Shown: positions 11,529 through 24,752 of the stretch, one piece after another | Position numbering within the stretch: the stretch's first letter is position 1 | Layout of the letters: every line of letters starts with the position of its first letter | DNA from: Octopus sinensis | Lineage: Eukaryota | Assembly (NCBI RefSeq): GCF_006345805.1 | Contig: NC_042997.1 | Location: 8,618,001-8,682,000, forward strand | DNA length: 64,000 nucleotides | Reading direction: 5' to 3' | Notes under the pieces: model-generated | Databases searched by the model: none | Told to the model about the DNA's origin: nothing | Seen by the model: the letters and a program-made list of their open reading frames with translations, nothing else | Program-made: the position numbers and the translations under genes

Positions 11529-11829
11529 TCTTTATATATAAAACTGAAGTTGTGTGTGTGTCTGTCTACTCCAATTTAGATTCCTAACTACTCCCACATT
11601 TTGCGGTGCAGTTTAACCAAAAGCGGGTATCTTATAGTCGTGATTCATATCGAGCCCTTCTGGGTATTAGCGCGTGTCTACGATGAGTCTACGATTAAAA
11701 AAAAATTACCATCATCTTTCCGCATTTTTTATGATTTTTGCTCCGTTTATATAAGGGAAGTAACTCTCTAAAAATGCTTATATAGTTATTTCCCTTACAA
11801 ACCCGAGAAACGCCGGGCGTTACTGCTAG
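11529..11829 (+). mobile_element. Non-autonomous Helitron (family H1)
   Basis: Starts A|TCtttatatataaaa; ends with hairpin cccgagaaacgccggg plus CTAG|T; no TSD; second copy at 33287. Confidence 0.85.
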
Positions 11830-11834
11830 TATAT

Positions 11835-11881
<47 letters not shown>

Positions 11882-11894
11882 GAATTTGTATGCA

Positions 11895-12190
11895 TATTGT
11901 GACTGTGAGACAAGTTGTTTGCTTCCCAAACAAATGGTTTCAAGTTCAGTCTCACTGCATGGCACCTGGTCCACGTGTCTTCTACTAATAAGCCTGGGTC
12001 AACAAAAGTCTTGTAAGTTGATGTGTATGTTACCGTTTCTGAAAACATGTCTGGTTATGAGGAAATATTACATTATTTGGAAAGAGATGAGGGTTGGTGA
12101 CACAAAGGGCATCAAGCTGTAAGAAAATCTACCTCAGAGTTCCATTCATGGCATGTGGGCATGGAAAAGTGTATGTTAAAATAGTGATGA
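11895..12190 (+). mobile_element. Degenerate SINE with A-type head and RTE-type tail
   Basis: ttgcttccca..ggtttcaagttcagtc head; gggcatcaagctgtaagaaaatct..catggaaaagtg..gttaaa..gatgatg tail. Confidence 0.65.
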
Positions 12191-12341
12191 TGAGGAGGAG
12201 GAGGAGAAAGAGGAGGAGGAAGATGACAACAAGGACAATGACAACGATGATGACAATGATGATGACAATGGTGATGATGATAGTTATGATAATGATGAGG
12301 ACGAAGACGATGATGTCTGTAATGATGATGATAATGATGTG

Positions 12342-12378
<37 letters not shown>
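12185..12378. repeat. (GAG)/(GAT)n low-complexity tract plus (TG)n
   Basis: Direct reading. Confidence 0.9.
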
Positions 12379-12917
12379 ACGTATATATATGTATGTAAGC
12401 ATGCACATATATCTGGTCATTGCTTTATTTTTGACGCCTGCAATCCTGCATAAGGGCCACACATCTATATTGGTTGGTGAGAATATTTAAACCCGCTTTT
12501 ATTGTGAGACCAGCACCAAGGTATTTGTCCTTAGGGTGTTTTATTCACAGAATGAATTGAACTTTGCATTATTGAAATCTAAAGAACAACATATAGGTTT
12601 TAAAGAGCTGCTGCTTAGAATAATAATTTGCTCCTACCCTGAGAAATCGATTTCCAACTATGTGAACTTGGTGCTTTGTCAATAAGTTTGTTTGCTTACG
12701 GATACACCATCGTAACAGTGACAGATTGCAAAATAGGATTTCTCTGCAGGTTTTTGCATTTCTATGTCCTTTCAGCGAAAGGTATTCACAAATCGATTAT
12801 ATTTTAAGTTATTTAACATATCAGTAAGGAAAATTTCTTGGAAAGAAATGTACATTTCTTGTTTCCAAATGTGCATTAAAAATATATCTAATACAAACAT
12901 TGGCTCACATATGGCAT

Positions 12918-13092
12918 AGGTACAGGCATTGCTCTGTGTTTATGAAGTCTGCTTCCCTGCTACATGGGTTTTGGTTCAATCTCAATGTGTGTCATCTTGG
13001 GCAAATATTTTCCATTCTAGTCAATTACATTCAGGACAATTACAGCCTTTTAGGTGGATTTGATTGGTAGAAACTGAAATAAGCCTATCATG
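12918..13092 (+). mobile_element. Degenerate SINE A 5' half
   Basis: ggtacaggcattgctctgtg..ttgggcaaat..ggatttgattggtagaaactgaaa. Confidence 0.6.
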
Positions 13093-13181
13093 TATGTGTG
13101 TGTGTGCACCTATATATATATATATACATATATACACACACTATATGTAAATATATATCTGTATGCATGTGTGTGTGTTTG

Positions 13182-13217
<36 letters not shown>

Positions 13218-13250
13218 CAGAGAGAGAGAGAGAGAGAGAGAGAGTTTCTA

Positions 13251-13285
<35 letters not shown>

Positions 13286-13287
<2 letters not shown>

Positions 13288-14618
13288 CTCTATAAGATGT
13301 ACCTAGTGTAAGCTATGGGCACATAAGAGGTGCAGCAATATCAAAGAAAGGCTAACTGAGAAGATAGTTTTTGTATGTGGCAGATGCCCAGAAGCAATAA
13401 ACACTGAAAATGTGCTGAGAACAACTTACGCCACATTCCAGGGAGCAAAACTAGAAGTAGTTGATAGCTTCCATTACCTAGGTGACGAAGTCAGTAGTCG
13501 GGGAGGATGCACTGAAAGTGTAGCTGCTAGAATAAGAATAGCCTGGACAAAGTTCAGAGAGCTCTTACCTCTGCTGGTGACAAAGAGCCTCTCGCTCGGA
13601 ATAAAAGGTAGATTCTATAACCCATGTGTACGAACAGCCATGCTCATGTCAGTGAAACATGAGTCGTGACTGCTGAGGACATGTGTAAGCTCGCAAGAAA
13701 TGAAGCCAGTATGATCTGTTGGATGTGCAATGTCAGTGTGCTTACTCAACAGAGTGTTAGTACCTTGAGAGAAAAGTTGGACCTAAGAAGCATCAGATAT
13801 GGTGTGCAAGAGAGACGACTGCACTGGTATGGCCATGTGGCAAGAATGGATGAGGATAGCTATATGAAAAAGTGAGGGAACCTGTGGAAAAGGTAAACCG
13901 AGGAAGACCTGGGATGAGGTGGTGAAGCATGACCTTTGAATATTAGGCCATGCTGAGGCAATGACTAGTGACTGAGACCTTTGGAAATATGCAGTGTGTG
14001 AGAAGACCCGGCAAGCCAAGTGAGACCATAACCTGTAGCCTATGCCAGGGGTGTAACCAGCCCACTTATGCATACCTTTCCTTCAGTGGACACTAAACTC
14101 TGCTTGTGAAGACCTGTTGAGGCAAGTGAAATCGAAATTGAAATCAAATTCGATGACTGGCATCCGTGCTTGTGGAGTGCTAAGAGCACCATCCAAGCAT
14201 GATTGTTGCCAGGAGCAGCTGACTGACTTCCGTGCCAGTGGCACATAAAAAGCATCATTCGAGCATGATTGTAATCAGCGTTGCCTTACTGGCACTTGTG
14301 CTATTGGCACACGAAAAATCATTTGAGCAAGGTCGTTGCCAGTGCCGCTGGACTGGCTCCTGTGCAGGTGGCACATAAAACGCACCATTTGAGCATGGCT
14401 GTTGCCAGTACCACCTGACTGGCCCTCATGCTGGTGGCACATAAAAGCACCCACTACACTCTCGGAGTGGTTGGCATTAGGAAGGGCATCCAGCTGTAGA
14501 AACTCTGCCAGATCAGATTGGAGTCTGCTGCAGCCATCTGATTCACCAGACTTCAGTCAAATTGTCCAACCCATGCTAGCATAGAAAGCGGACGTTAAAC
14601 GATGATGATGATGATGAT
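13286..14618 (+). mobile_element. 5'-truncated RTE LINE (ORF2 C-terminus, 3'UTR, (GAT)n tail)
   Basis: LEVVDSFHYLGD..AARIRIAWTKFRELLPLL and RRLHWYGHVARM motifs; 3'UTR with ~65-bp subrepeats; tail gttaaacgatgatgatg. Confidence 0.92.
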
Positions 14619-14865
14619 CAGTTTACTCGATCAAGACTGACCTGGGCAAAGCAACAACAACTATGATTGCATAACTAATTTTTAAACAAATTTCTAGTTT
14701 TATTTACAATAAAAGGAAATCTATTTGAATTTCATTTCAGTTGAATATATTCCATAGTCTATGTTTTATATGTGCAACATTACCAGGCCTGAAACACATC
14801 TGTTCACCTATCAGTGGCCCCGCTTACACACACACGCACACACATCATATTCACACACTCTTTCT

Positions 14866-14902
<37 letters not shown>

Positions 14903-15010
14903 TACACATGTGTGCATGCATATAAACATATGTATGAAAATATGCATACAGTTGTGCATTTTCCTAGTTGATGAAACTGATAACTATAAGGAAAATAATA
15001 GATTTTAATT

Positions 15011-15011
<1 letters not shown>

Positions 15012-15042
<31 letters not shown>

Positions 15043-15095
15043 CATACCATCAAGGAAAAATACATATATAAATATATATGTATATAAATATATAC

Positions 15096-15162
<67 letters not shown>

Positions 15163-15250
15163 TATTTGCGTGTGTGTGTATGTACATATGTATGCATGTA
15201 TATGCACACACATTCATGCATATGCCAATACTTATACATACACATGCGTA
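15012..15250. repeat. (TA)n-rich compound microsatellite
   Basis: Direct reading. Confidence 0.9.
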
Positions 15251-17511
15251 TATTATATGTATGTCATTCCCACACACACAGGTATGTACATAATGTTGAC
15301 ATAAAGCAATATAGATATGCATGCATTTGTGCTTGTATTCTTTTGCATATTATCTAAAATGTGGAAACAACTAGGAAAATAACGTTCAATTTATTTCATG
15401 TTTTAAAATCACTGTACTTCCATTGACAGGAATACATTATTCTTACTACTACTACTACTACGACTACTACTACTACTACTACTACTACTACTGCTGCTGT
15501 TTTAATTTGTGTTGTTATGGTTATATCTCATGAGACTTTTTTTCCCCTTTCTTACATCAATAATGTTACAGAAACTATCTATTCATAGATTTTTATATAT
15601 TATATTTCTAGATTTGAAAAAGGGTATAATATTCAGGAACTTTTAAATTTGTAAAAATATTACTACAGGCAGAAACAGAAAATTCTTTTTCTATTTATTT
15701 ATAAATTATTCATTTATCTATTTACTATTTGTATCATTGTATTTTTTTTATTATTTAAATTGTCAAAGGAATAAAATTATTTAAAGTTAAATTTGCAACT
15801 GGATTTTGATAGTAGGATCTTAGCAATTTTAGGCTTTCTTATTTAGGTACCTACAGACACTTTAAGAGCTAGAGTGATATATGTGAACTTAATGTGATCT
15901 TAATGGTTCTCTGTTGGTTTTAGAAAATATGGAGAGCCACTGGATTTATATTTATGAACATAGTAGCTGTCTATAAATAAAGACATTATGAGATATGTAG
16001 CTGTTCCTAAAAAATCATATATTCAAGAAAGAAAATATGAATGCCTTTAAAATATATTTAGTCTTGGTGAGAGTATTTTGGAGTTGTATTACCCAGTTAC
16101 TAATTTTGAGGGTATATGAGGCCAATATTAGCAAAGACATGGTTGAGACAAAACTAACTGTTTCTCATTAGATGTTTGTGCAGTCAGTCAGTTTAAACTA
16201 ATGGTATAAAACCAGTTATTTATTTCCCAACCTGTCTTTAATGACAACTTGGGGGTCATTCTACAAGACAGTTATTTAATCCATCACAGAACTGTTCCAG
16301 CCATTTTACAACTCTAATGTGACACATAATTTATACATTAACTACAAGAATGTTCAAAGAAGAAGAACAAAACAGTGATAAAGTAAATATAGTATGACTG
16401 ATAATGATGGTGATAAATTTATCCACAAATCGTATGTGTCTTTTTAAGCTCTTGTTTAGTTCTAGATTCAGTTGATTTAATCTTTCCAGGTAACATTCCC
16501 AGAAGATCTGATTATGTCACTCCTCCCATGCTTAGAGTTAAGTAGAGGAAGAAAAGGAAATATTCTACTTAATCTTCTTAATACTAACAGGCCTGAGATC
16601 ACCTGTACTAAAGTGTTCATATTCAACTTGCAATATTGATCAAAATCTCATAACACAAATGATAACATATACTTCGAGTAAATCAACAACAGCATAATAT
16701 ATACCAATATATAGTGTTACAAATATTTTCATTAATCTCCCTCCGATATTTTAGTTATATTGAAAATTAATTGAAAAACGTAGGCAGTAAATTTATTAGA
16801 TATAAAGTGATGGAAGTGTTAACACTACATTATGATAAAATATAATTTTCTATCTATAAAACTGTGGGAGGTGAAGTTCTTGTGTGCTATTCTATTTTCA
16901 TAACTAAAGTCTGTCTCTGGATAGGATGCTAAAGATCTGGTATTTATTCCCTATAGCTAGATAAACTGCAAACTTTCTCCTAAATGTCTCAGAAACCTCA
17001 ATGGGCCGATGAATGATGCATAGTTCTAAATTAATGACATATGAATTATAAATACATTTTCCCCTGTAAGAGAACTGTTACCTATTATTCACAACTTGTA
17101 AGTCTTCAAACTTTCGAGCAATAGCAGCTATTTATGACTCTAATTTATAAGATTATGTGAGTTAATGATAAATATTCTCTTGGACAATATGTTAATCAAT
17201 AACTGAAACAATTTCTGGGAGGTAAGTACACACTTGGTATATTTTGGTACTCCCGAGGTTAAGAAAGAGATAAGTCTCACTTCAGTAAACTATCTGAACA
17301 TGGTGAAATTGAACAGGTGTTTTTATTAACTGGGAGTGTGATTTCAAATTTGTCAATAGATTTGTACTGAGATAGGTTTTCTGTCATGATGTTCTTACCT
17401 TAGTTATTTCTGCTGCCTCTTTATTAGTTTGCTTTCACTAATTTGGCAAAGTCCATCCTGGGAAGTACCTATAGTGCACTGTTACAGCAAATAAAAGTAA
17501 AAGTGTTATTC

Positions 17512-17705
17512 ATTATCATCATCATCATCATCATCGTTTAACGTCTGCTTTCCATGCTAGCATGGATTGGACGATTTTGACTGAGGGCTGGCAAACCAGA
17601 TGGCTGCACCAGGCTCCAATCTTGATCTGGCAGAGTTTCTACAGCTGGATGCCCTTCCTAATGCCAACCACTCCGAGAGTGTAGTGGGTGCTTTTTACGT
17701 GCCAT
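17512..17705 (-). mobile_element. RTE 3'UTR fragment
   Basis: (CAT)n-cgtttaacgtc..ggatgcccttcctaatgccaacc..tttttacgtgcc. Confidence 0.85.
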
Positions 17706-19084
17706 TTGGTAAAATAATCCCCATTGAAGATGTCATGTGTGACTTTATTCCTATTTTGAAATGTAATACATATTTGATTTGATTTGGAGAATTCACTTTA
17801 TTACCCCACCCCAACTACCCTCCTGAGGCGTAAAAATCTCTGCTGTGGATTTGAAATGAAAATCTGTTAGCTGTTAGTCCAGCATCACGGCTATCTAGAT
17901 ATTCAACTGCTTCATTTCTAACCACTTCTATGAAAAGACAAGCAAGAATTCAAAATTTAGTATGGGTAAATTATAAAATTAAAAGAGTTATGGAATGACT
18001 AATAAATTCAATTGATTCTTCATCATAGTTGTAACAAAATAAAAATAATTTTATTTACACAATGACTTCTTAATTAAAATTTATATTTAGAAATTTCATT
18101 TCATAATCAACAGTTAGAAAAAGGCAGAAATATTATCAGGAGAAAAACAAAAACAACAAGAAAAAGCTTTAAACATAAAATATAACCTTTTGACCTTTAT
18201 GCAAATGATTTAGTGAGAAGTTTTGTCATGTTTTAAATAATATTTCAATATGTTGCTTTTAACCATTTAAACATCTCAAAAATATAAAAGTTCATGAGAA
18301 ACTTACTACTATATATTATTATCCTCATCATCATGTTCAACATAATCATAATTATAATCAGTTTTTGTCATCTTTGTTGTCCACTTCATCGTCATCATCA
18401 TAATCAGCTTCATCATCATTTTTATCATATACCATTTCACTGGAAATTGACGTATTATCAAAATCATTTAAAGTGTTATTTGTTAAGATATAGGAAAGTG
18501 GGAGTCACTAACAACTGAATGAAATACTGGAATTCTGAGGAATTTTGTGGAGATTGAAAGATCTCTGAGGAATTCTGGGGGATTGGATTCTGCGTCCTGT
18601 TTAATATTTACTAGAATACATAAATCTTATACAAAATTAGACCTTCATTAGTTCCACTACATTTTTCTTTTTAATTATATAATATGATATGTTTTATAAT
18701 CATTAAGATATGACATGATTGTGCTAAAATGTTAAATGATGATGAAAAATACAAATATCTCAGCTAAAATATAAAAGATCATTGTAAATTAGTATATAAA
18801 ATTGGCCTTAGTAGCTTTCTGAATTTTATTTTATTTGGGACGCATGACATAAGAGGATTAGTGCTGTTTCTAAATTATTTATTTAATATTTTCTAATAGG
18901 AAAAGCTCAGTCCTAAATGCAGAAGACAAAAAAGGTACTGAAGCCAACTGGTTAATGTCTTTACTGAGACACAGAACACAATAGTGTAATGAAGTGCTAT
19001 AAAAGCTCAGCATCATTGAAGGAACATCATTAAATATTTTCTTAGATTTACACTCATTTTTTTCAAGAGATTAGATCTCATAAG

Positions 19085-19345
19085 TAGGGATAATACCCTC
19101 TCTGTGCTATGAGGCACATAAGGCTGCAACATGATCTTTCCAGCCAGCTCTGTTCTTGTCTCATTCCAGCTTCTCCATTCTTCTCACCTCCTTTCGTAGT
19201 CAATGGTCTTTCACCATATGGTTTTTGGGCACCCTGCTGCTCTTTTCCCCTCAGTTTTTCACTTTAGTGCCACCATACAACCACTTTGTTGATCTTGTTT
19301 GAGGACGTGTCTGATCCAATTTCAGCACCTTTGTCTTATTAACAA
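19085..19345 (-). mobile_element. Old RTE-type LINE C-terminal fragment
   Basis: Minus strand reads NWIRHVLKQ..CMVALK*KTEGKR..GCPKTIW (cf. WIGHVLR..W.PEGKR.RGRPKTTW). Confidence 0.7.
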
Positions 19346-20111
19346 ATACATAAGGATAAATTAGTACAACAGAGATTTTCCTTACTCTTTGGCAAAACTA
19401 CTAATGATTTTGGGCTTCTGATATTACAGCACCTTTATGTGAAAACTAAAAAATTTCTTCCGAAATTGTAAAGACAAGAATATTAAGAAATGTATCTCTC
19501 CACTTCATTTTCACTTGTTGTTTAAATCAGTGTTAACTTCCTTAAATGTTTTCTATTTATTCTATTTGAACTGTCTCTCAGTTTTAATCATTTAGTATGA
19601 TTGAATGCAGGCAGAGGTCCTAATACCAAAACTAATTGCTGTAAGAACATACAAAGTGTTGTGCCGTAATATTAAATATTAAAGCCATTTTCATGTTATA
19701 AAATATTCATGTGATACAATTCATATAATGGGTTAGTTTAATGGATTCATTTAGACGCTTGATTACATATACAAAATGACTGCTCATTTAAGGTCCACAG
19801 GAGCTATCCAACACAAACAACAAAGACATCAGGGAGCCAAATATTGTTATGAGTAAATGAAGGAGGCTCTACATGTTTACTTAACCTGCTTGAAACAGCA
19901 GGGAGAATTTCTCAAATCACAACCCTATTATCAGAGAGAATATATTGGTCAGTGTAATCCTAGTTATGCAAAAACGATATGATGGTCATGGCTGGAATAA
20001 TGTTGATCATGGATCTTACTCAATTAGAGCTGACCTGAAGATGAAAAGCCAACAAATAAAACATAAATAGTTTCTCTCCTACAGCAGATCATGCATGGCT
20101 AATACATCATA

Positions 20112-21084
20112 TACTGCTATGCTGTACTTGAGAAGACTCGGCAAGTGCAAGTGAGACCATAACCTTTAGGCCTATACCAGGGGTGTAACCAGTCCACTTA
20201 TGCGTGCCTTTCCTTCATTGGACGCTAAACTCTGCTTGCAAAGACTTGTTGAGGCAAGTGAATCGGAATCAAAATCGAAATCAAATTCGATGACTGGCAC
20301 CCATGCTAGTGGAGTGCTAAGAGTACCATAAGATTGTTGCCAGAGCAACAAGCTGGCCTCTGTGCTGATGGCACGTTAAAAAACACCATTCAAGCGTGAT
20401 CGTTACCTGCGCTGCCTTACTAGCACCTGGGCTGGTGGCACGTAAAAGACATTTGAAGCAAGGTCGTTGCCAGTGCCACTGGACTGGCTCCTGAGCAGGT
20501 GACACATACAATGACCTCGCTTCAAATGTTTTTTACGTGCCACCAGCACAGGTGCTAGTAAGGCAACGCAGGTAACGATCACACTCGAATGGTGTTTTTT
20601 AACGTGCCATCAGGTTATGGTCTCACTTGCACTTGCTGAGTCTTCTCAAGCACAGCATAGCAGTATATGATGTATTAGCCATGCATGATCTGCTGTAGGA
20701 GAGAAACTATTTATGTTTTATTTGTTGGCTTTTCATCTTCAGGACAGCTCTAATTGAGTAAGATCTATGATCAACATTATTCCAGCCATGACCATCATGT
20801 CTGGACTGGCTCCTGAGCAGGTGACACATAAAAAGCACCATCTGAGCATGGCCGTTGCCAGTACTGCCTGACCGGCCCCCATGCCGGTAGCACGTAAAAG
20901 CACCCACTACACTCTCAGAGTGGTTGACGTTAGGAACGGCATCCAGCAGTAGAAACTCTGCCGGATCAGATTGGAGCCTGGTGCAGCCATCTGGTTCGCC
21001 AGTCCTCAGTCAAAATCGTCCAACCCATGCTAGCATGGAAAGCGGACGTTAAACGATGATGATGATGATGATGATGATGATGAT
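20112..21084 (+). mobile_element. RTE 3' fragment with internal inverted templated insertion
   Basis: Homologous to 13985-14618; interrupted at 20509-20800. Confidence 0.88.
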
Positions 21085-21735
21085 ACTGGTCAGATCCCAT
21101 AACCTACCAAAATTTCTGACTGATGAAATAAAATAAGCCAGCAAAAGCAAAAAAAACTGTGCTGTCCTTTAGAATGTGTATTTTTGGATGTAACTGTTTT
21201 AACTATTTAATGTTCTATTCATTTACATTAGCAGTAATTTGACAGAAAGGATACATGCTTCAATAAATGGCTGCCTGTCATTTCTATCTTTCAGTATTCC
21301 AAATTAAAATCTTGTTGAAATCAACTTTATCAGTCAACCTTTTTTTTATCTTTAATCTTTTAGTTAGTTGGATTTTTTTGCGAGAGTAGTTGGAAGGAGG
21401 GAGGAAGATATCTTCAAACCAGCAACCTGACCGAAACACTTGCAACAGAGTGGAATCTACTAAACTCACATAAGATGCCAGGCAGTGGGGTTAAGTCAAA
21501 GACACTCAACAAGACCAAGATTAGTAGTATTTATTTTTAAAAACAAAAGCATTATTACATTGTATCAAAATATAGAGACTGAATAATATGTACCAGACTT
21601 ATATACATTATGTCATATTACATTATTATATCGTTATATTATATCATAGTTATACATACACACACACATGCACACATATATATGTATGTATATATATATG
21701 CCTGTTTGTGTGTACCACATTTATTAGCATAATTT

Positions 21736-21773
<38 letters not shown>

Positions 21774-22151
21774 GTATGTATGCAGATGTGTGTGTATGTA
21801 TGTATGTATATTTGTGTGTGCATGTGTGTAAAGAGAGATAATGACACACACATACACATTAAGAAAAATTGAAAACTTTAGTAAAAATTTCTAGCTTCAT
21901 GAAAACACATTTCTTTTAGGTATTTCTGAATTTAGGTGTGTATGTGTTAAAGCAGACATATTGATAAAATAATGGAAAAAAAAAAAAAATTAAATATTCC
22001 TATATTTCATAAAAGGAAATAATTTGCTTCTTGCATATCAATAACCTGAGTGTAATGGAGCAATTTCAATTTCTTAGACATTCTGATAATATCTCATTGC
22101 TGATGTATGCTGTTCACATGAATTTGGCATTCAAAAGAAAATTCACTTTAC

Positions 22152-22205
22152 CTTAGAAGTGACCTCTGGTGCATGTAAGGTTTATGAAGCGTTTCTTGAA
22201 GATGG
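22152..22205 (-). CDS. Candidate 54-nt internal exon (unknown gene)
   Basis: ccatttgttttactgcAG|54 nt|GTaaag; one open frame, HLQETLHKPYMHQRSLL; no homology recognised. Confidence 0.25.
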
Positions 22206-22728
22206 CTGCAGTAAAACAAATGGTTTCTTGCCAAAAAAAATTTTAAAGTTGTGGTGAGAAAAGTAAATTTTGCTGTAGTTTTATATTTTACTTTTTTTTT
22301 CTTATGGAATGACCACAAAGACTTACAAGAATAAGAATTAATCAGAAATTATTTATAAATAACAAAAGAAAAAAATTACAGATTTTCTTCATAATTAAAG
22401 TTTGAAAATAAACTGTAATTTACCATTTGTTTTTTGGTTTGTTTGTTTCTAAGGTCAGTTTAAATTGATTGCTATATATGTGTTGTAAACAATTAAAGTA
22501 AATTAAACTGACCATTTTACTGATGTTATAATTTTAATCTGAATATTTGAAAGAAAATATTAGCGTCACTTTCTGACCTTACCAGTAGAACATTATACTA
22601 TGAGAAAAGAGGTCCATAGTTTGTACATCATTTTCAAGAGTGTTCTAAAACCTCAAAACACAAAACACATTGACTTAATTCACACATTTGAAGTTAAGTA
22701 CAATGAATGAATACAGCTTTAACAAAAA

Positions 22729-23130
22729 CTAGCAGTATAGCCTGACGTTGCTTAGGTTTGTTTTCTTTTCAACCCTTTAGAATTGGAATTTTTGAAAAGT
22801 AAAACGTTTTCATTATGTAGCTTGTTATTCTCTTTAAGTGAACATTTTTCTGGTTGAAATACACTGAAAAATGGCAACACAGTAGTCAAAAAATCGTAAA
22901 AAATAGGGATTTTTTCATAGAAAAAAAACACCTTTTTGATGTAAATAATTTTTGGTCTTAATATGGTCATATTTGAATTTTTTCTTCTACGGAACAAAGA
23001 GCAAGCCTTCTTCTATCATACTCTCAATTTTGGTCAACTTGCGCCACAAGGTCTCAGAAGAGATAGTGTTAGTTGAAGGCTACCAAACCTGCCACACGCA
23101 CACAAACAACTTCAGCTTTATATATAAAGA
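22729..23130 (-). mobile_element. Non-autonomous Helitron (family H2)
   Basis: Minus strand starts TCtttatatataaagctgaagttgt; ends aaacctaagcaacgtcagg..atactgCTAG; second copy at 31749. Confidence 0.82.
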
Positions 23131-23711
23131 CTATATTTGTTTAATGCAAGCTGTGCATAAGACTTTATCTGGATTATGGGAAAGTGCCCCACAAATTCAT
23201 CAATATGAAATTTTCTTAGTGCTTTGGTTGGTCTTGCCTTCTGCTCATAGTTTAATTCTGATTGCAAGCTATAAATGAGAACTTGTATGTACCTCTCGTA
23301 GACTTATAATGCAAATACATTTTCTACCAAGCAGAAATCTTGCACATCCATGAGAGATTCCTTATTAGAGATACGTGTTAAGTACTCTAATATCTTTTTA
23401 ATTAAGCATGCATACAAGTATGGTTCCATGCTTAAGAAGCTCACTTCACATTTACCAGGTTTGGGATTCAGGCTCATTGTGTAGCATCATGAGTAAGTTT
23501 CTTCCATCATGGCTATAAATTGGCCTAAGCCTTGGGAGTGAAGTTTGATAAACAGAGACTGAGTTGAAGCCTATGACAAGAAAAATGCCAGTTTTTTTTT
23601 GCATTAAGATCCTTCAAAGTTGCATAAACGTTCTACTGGCAGGAATTGCCCAGGCATTTATGAATAAAAAAAATCATATTTATTTACTTATATTATTACT
23701 CAAAATGATTT

Positions 23712-23930
23712 AAGGCAGTGAACTGGAAAAATAGTTAGCATGCAGGACAAAATGATGCTGAAGTGCATTTCATCTTTATATTCTGAGTTCAAATTCTGCT
23801 GAGGTTGATTTTGCCTTTCGTCACTTTTGGGGTCAATAAAATGAGTACCAGTCAAGTACCAGGGTCGATGTAATCAACTTACTCCTTCTCTAAAATATTG
23901 CTGGACATGTGCCAAAATTTGAAACCATTA
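23712..23930 (+). mobile_element. SINE family B (diverged)
   Basis: aaggcagtgaactgg..ttctgagttcaaattc..ggggtcaataaaatgagtacc. Confidence 0.8.
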
Positions 23931-24147
23931 TTATTTAAGATGATTGCGGTGATAGTGACCCTACTGTCCATCGTATGGAGTGCTACTGAATATTGGTTGG
24001 GAAAAAAGAATATCTTAACTTCATTACCAGCTTTTATCTATTTTAAGAACTCATGGAAAATTTTTCTTTTCCATCGTCTTTTCTTTGTTCTCCATAGTCT
24101 TACTCTTCTCATACAACATACTCATCATACTGGCATGTGAAAGTATA

Positions 24148-24407
24148 ATAAATAAAATAAATGCGCCCTTTTAAAGCCTAGCCAAGCTCATGGGCTCAGT
24201 TTCCTGGTTTCTATGGCGTATGTGTTCCCCAGCTGGACAGGACAACAGTACATCGCAGTGTTACTCATTTTTACCAGCTGAGTGGACTAGAGCAACGTGA
24301 AATAAGTGTTTTGCTCAAGAACACAATGCGTCGCCTGGTCCAGGAATCGAAACCACAATCTTACGATCATGGTGCTGACACCCTAACCACTAAGCCACAT
24401 ACCTCCA
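24148..24407 (-). mobile_element. SINE family E
   Basis: tRNA-like head gtggaggtatgtggcttagtggttagggtg..ggtttcgattcc; 14-bp TSD catgtgaaagtata at 24134 and 24408. Confidence 0.88.
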
Positions 24408-24752
24408 CATGTGAAAGTATAGGCAGCTTTAACTGAGAGTAGAGGTTTTTATTGCAGTTACACTGGAGGAAGAATGATTTACCACATCAAACTTCTTCCC
24501 TTGTCTTTTTAATCCTCTCCCACAATTTTCACCCTGGAATTCATTGTATATTCCCAGGATAAATAGGTGGAAATTACTTGCATTATAGAGATACTTTGGA
24601 TAATGTCACTTTTTTGATATTCTATGTCCAAGTAAAGAACAGGATACTTAAGGCTAGAACACTTTTGATAAGTCTCTCAATGTCTGCTCAAAATCATAGT
24701 ATCAAAGAAATTTTTGATGTTTGATTTTATAAACCTTTGAGAAAAAGTGAAG

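Noticed and set aside
12094-12462. Poly-Met/Arg/His ORFs (also 26172-26645)
   Set aside because: Trinucleotide low-complexity tails of RTE-type elements.
14230-14460. Regularly spaced repeats resembling a CRISPR array
   Set aside because: Eukaryotic LINE 3'UTR subrepeats; the spacers are mutually similar and there are no cas genes.
17145-17228. Strong donor gag|gtaagt at 17222
   Set aside because: No convincing acceptor, and stops in all frames upstream.
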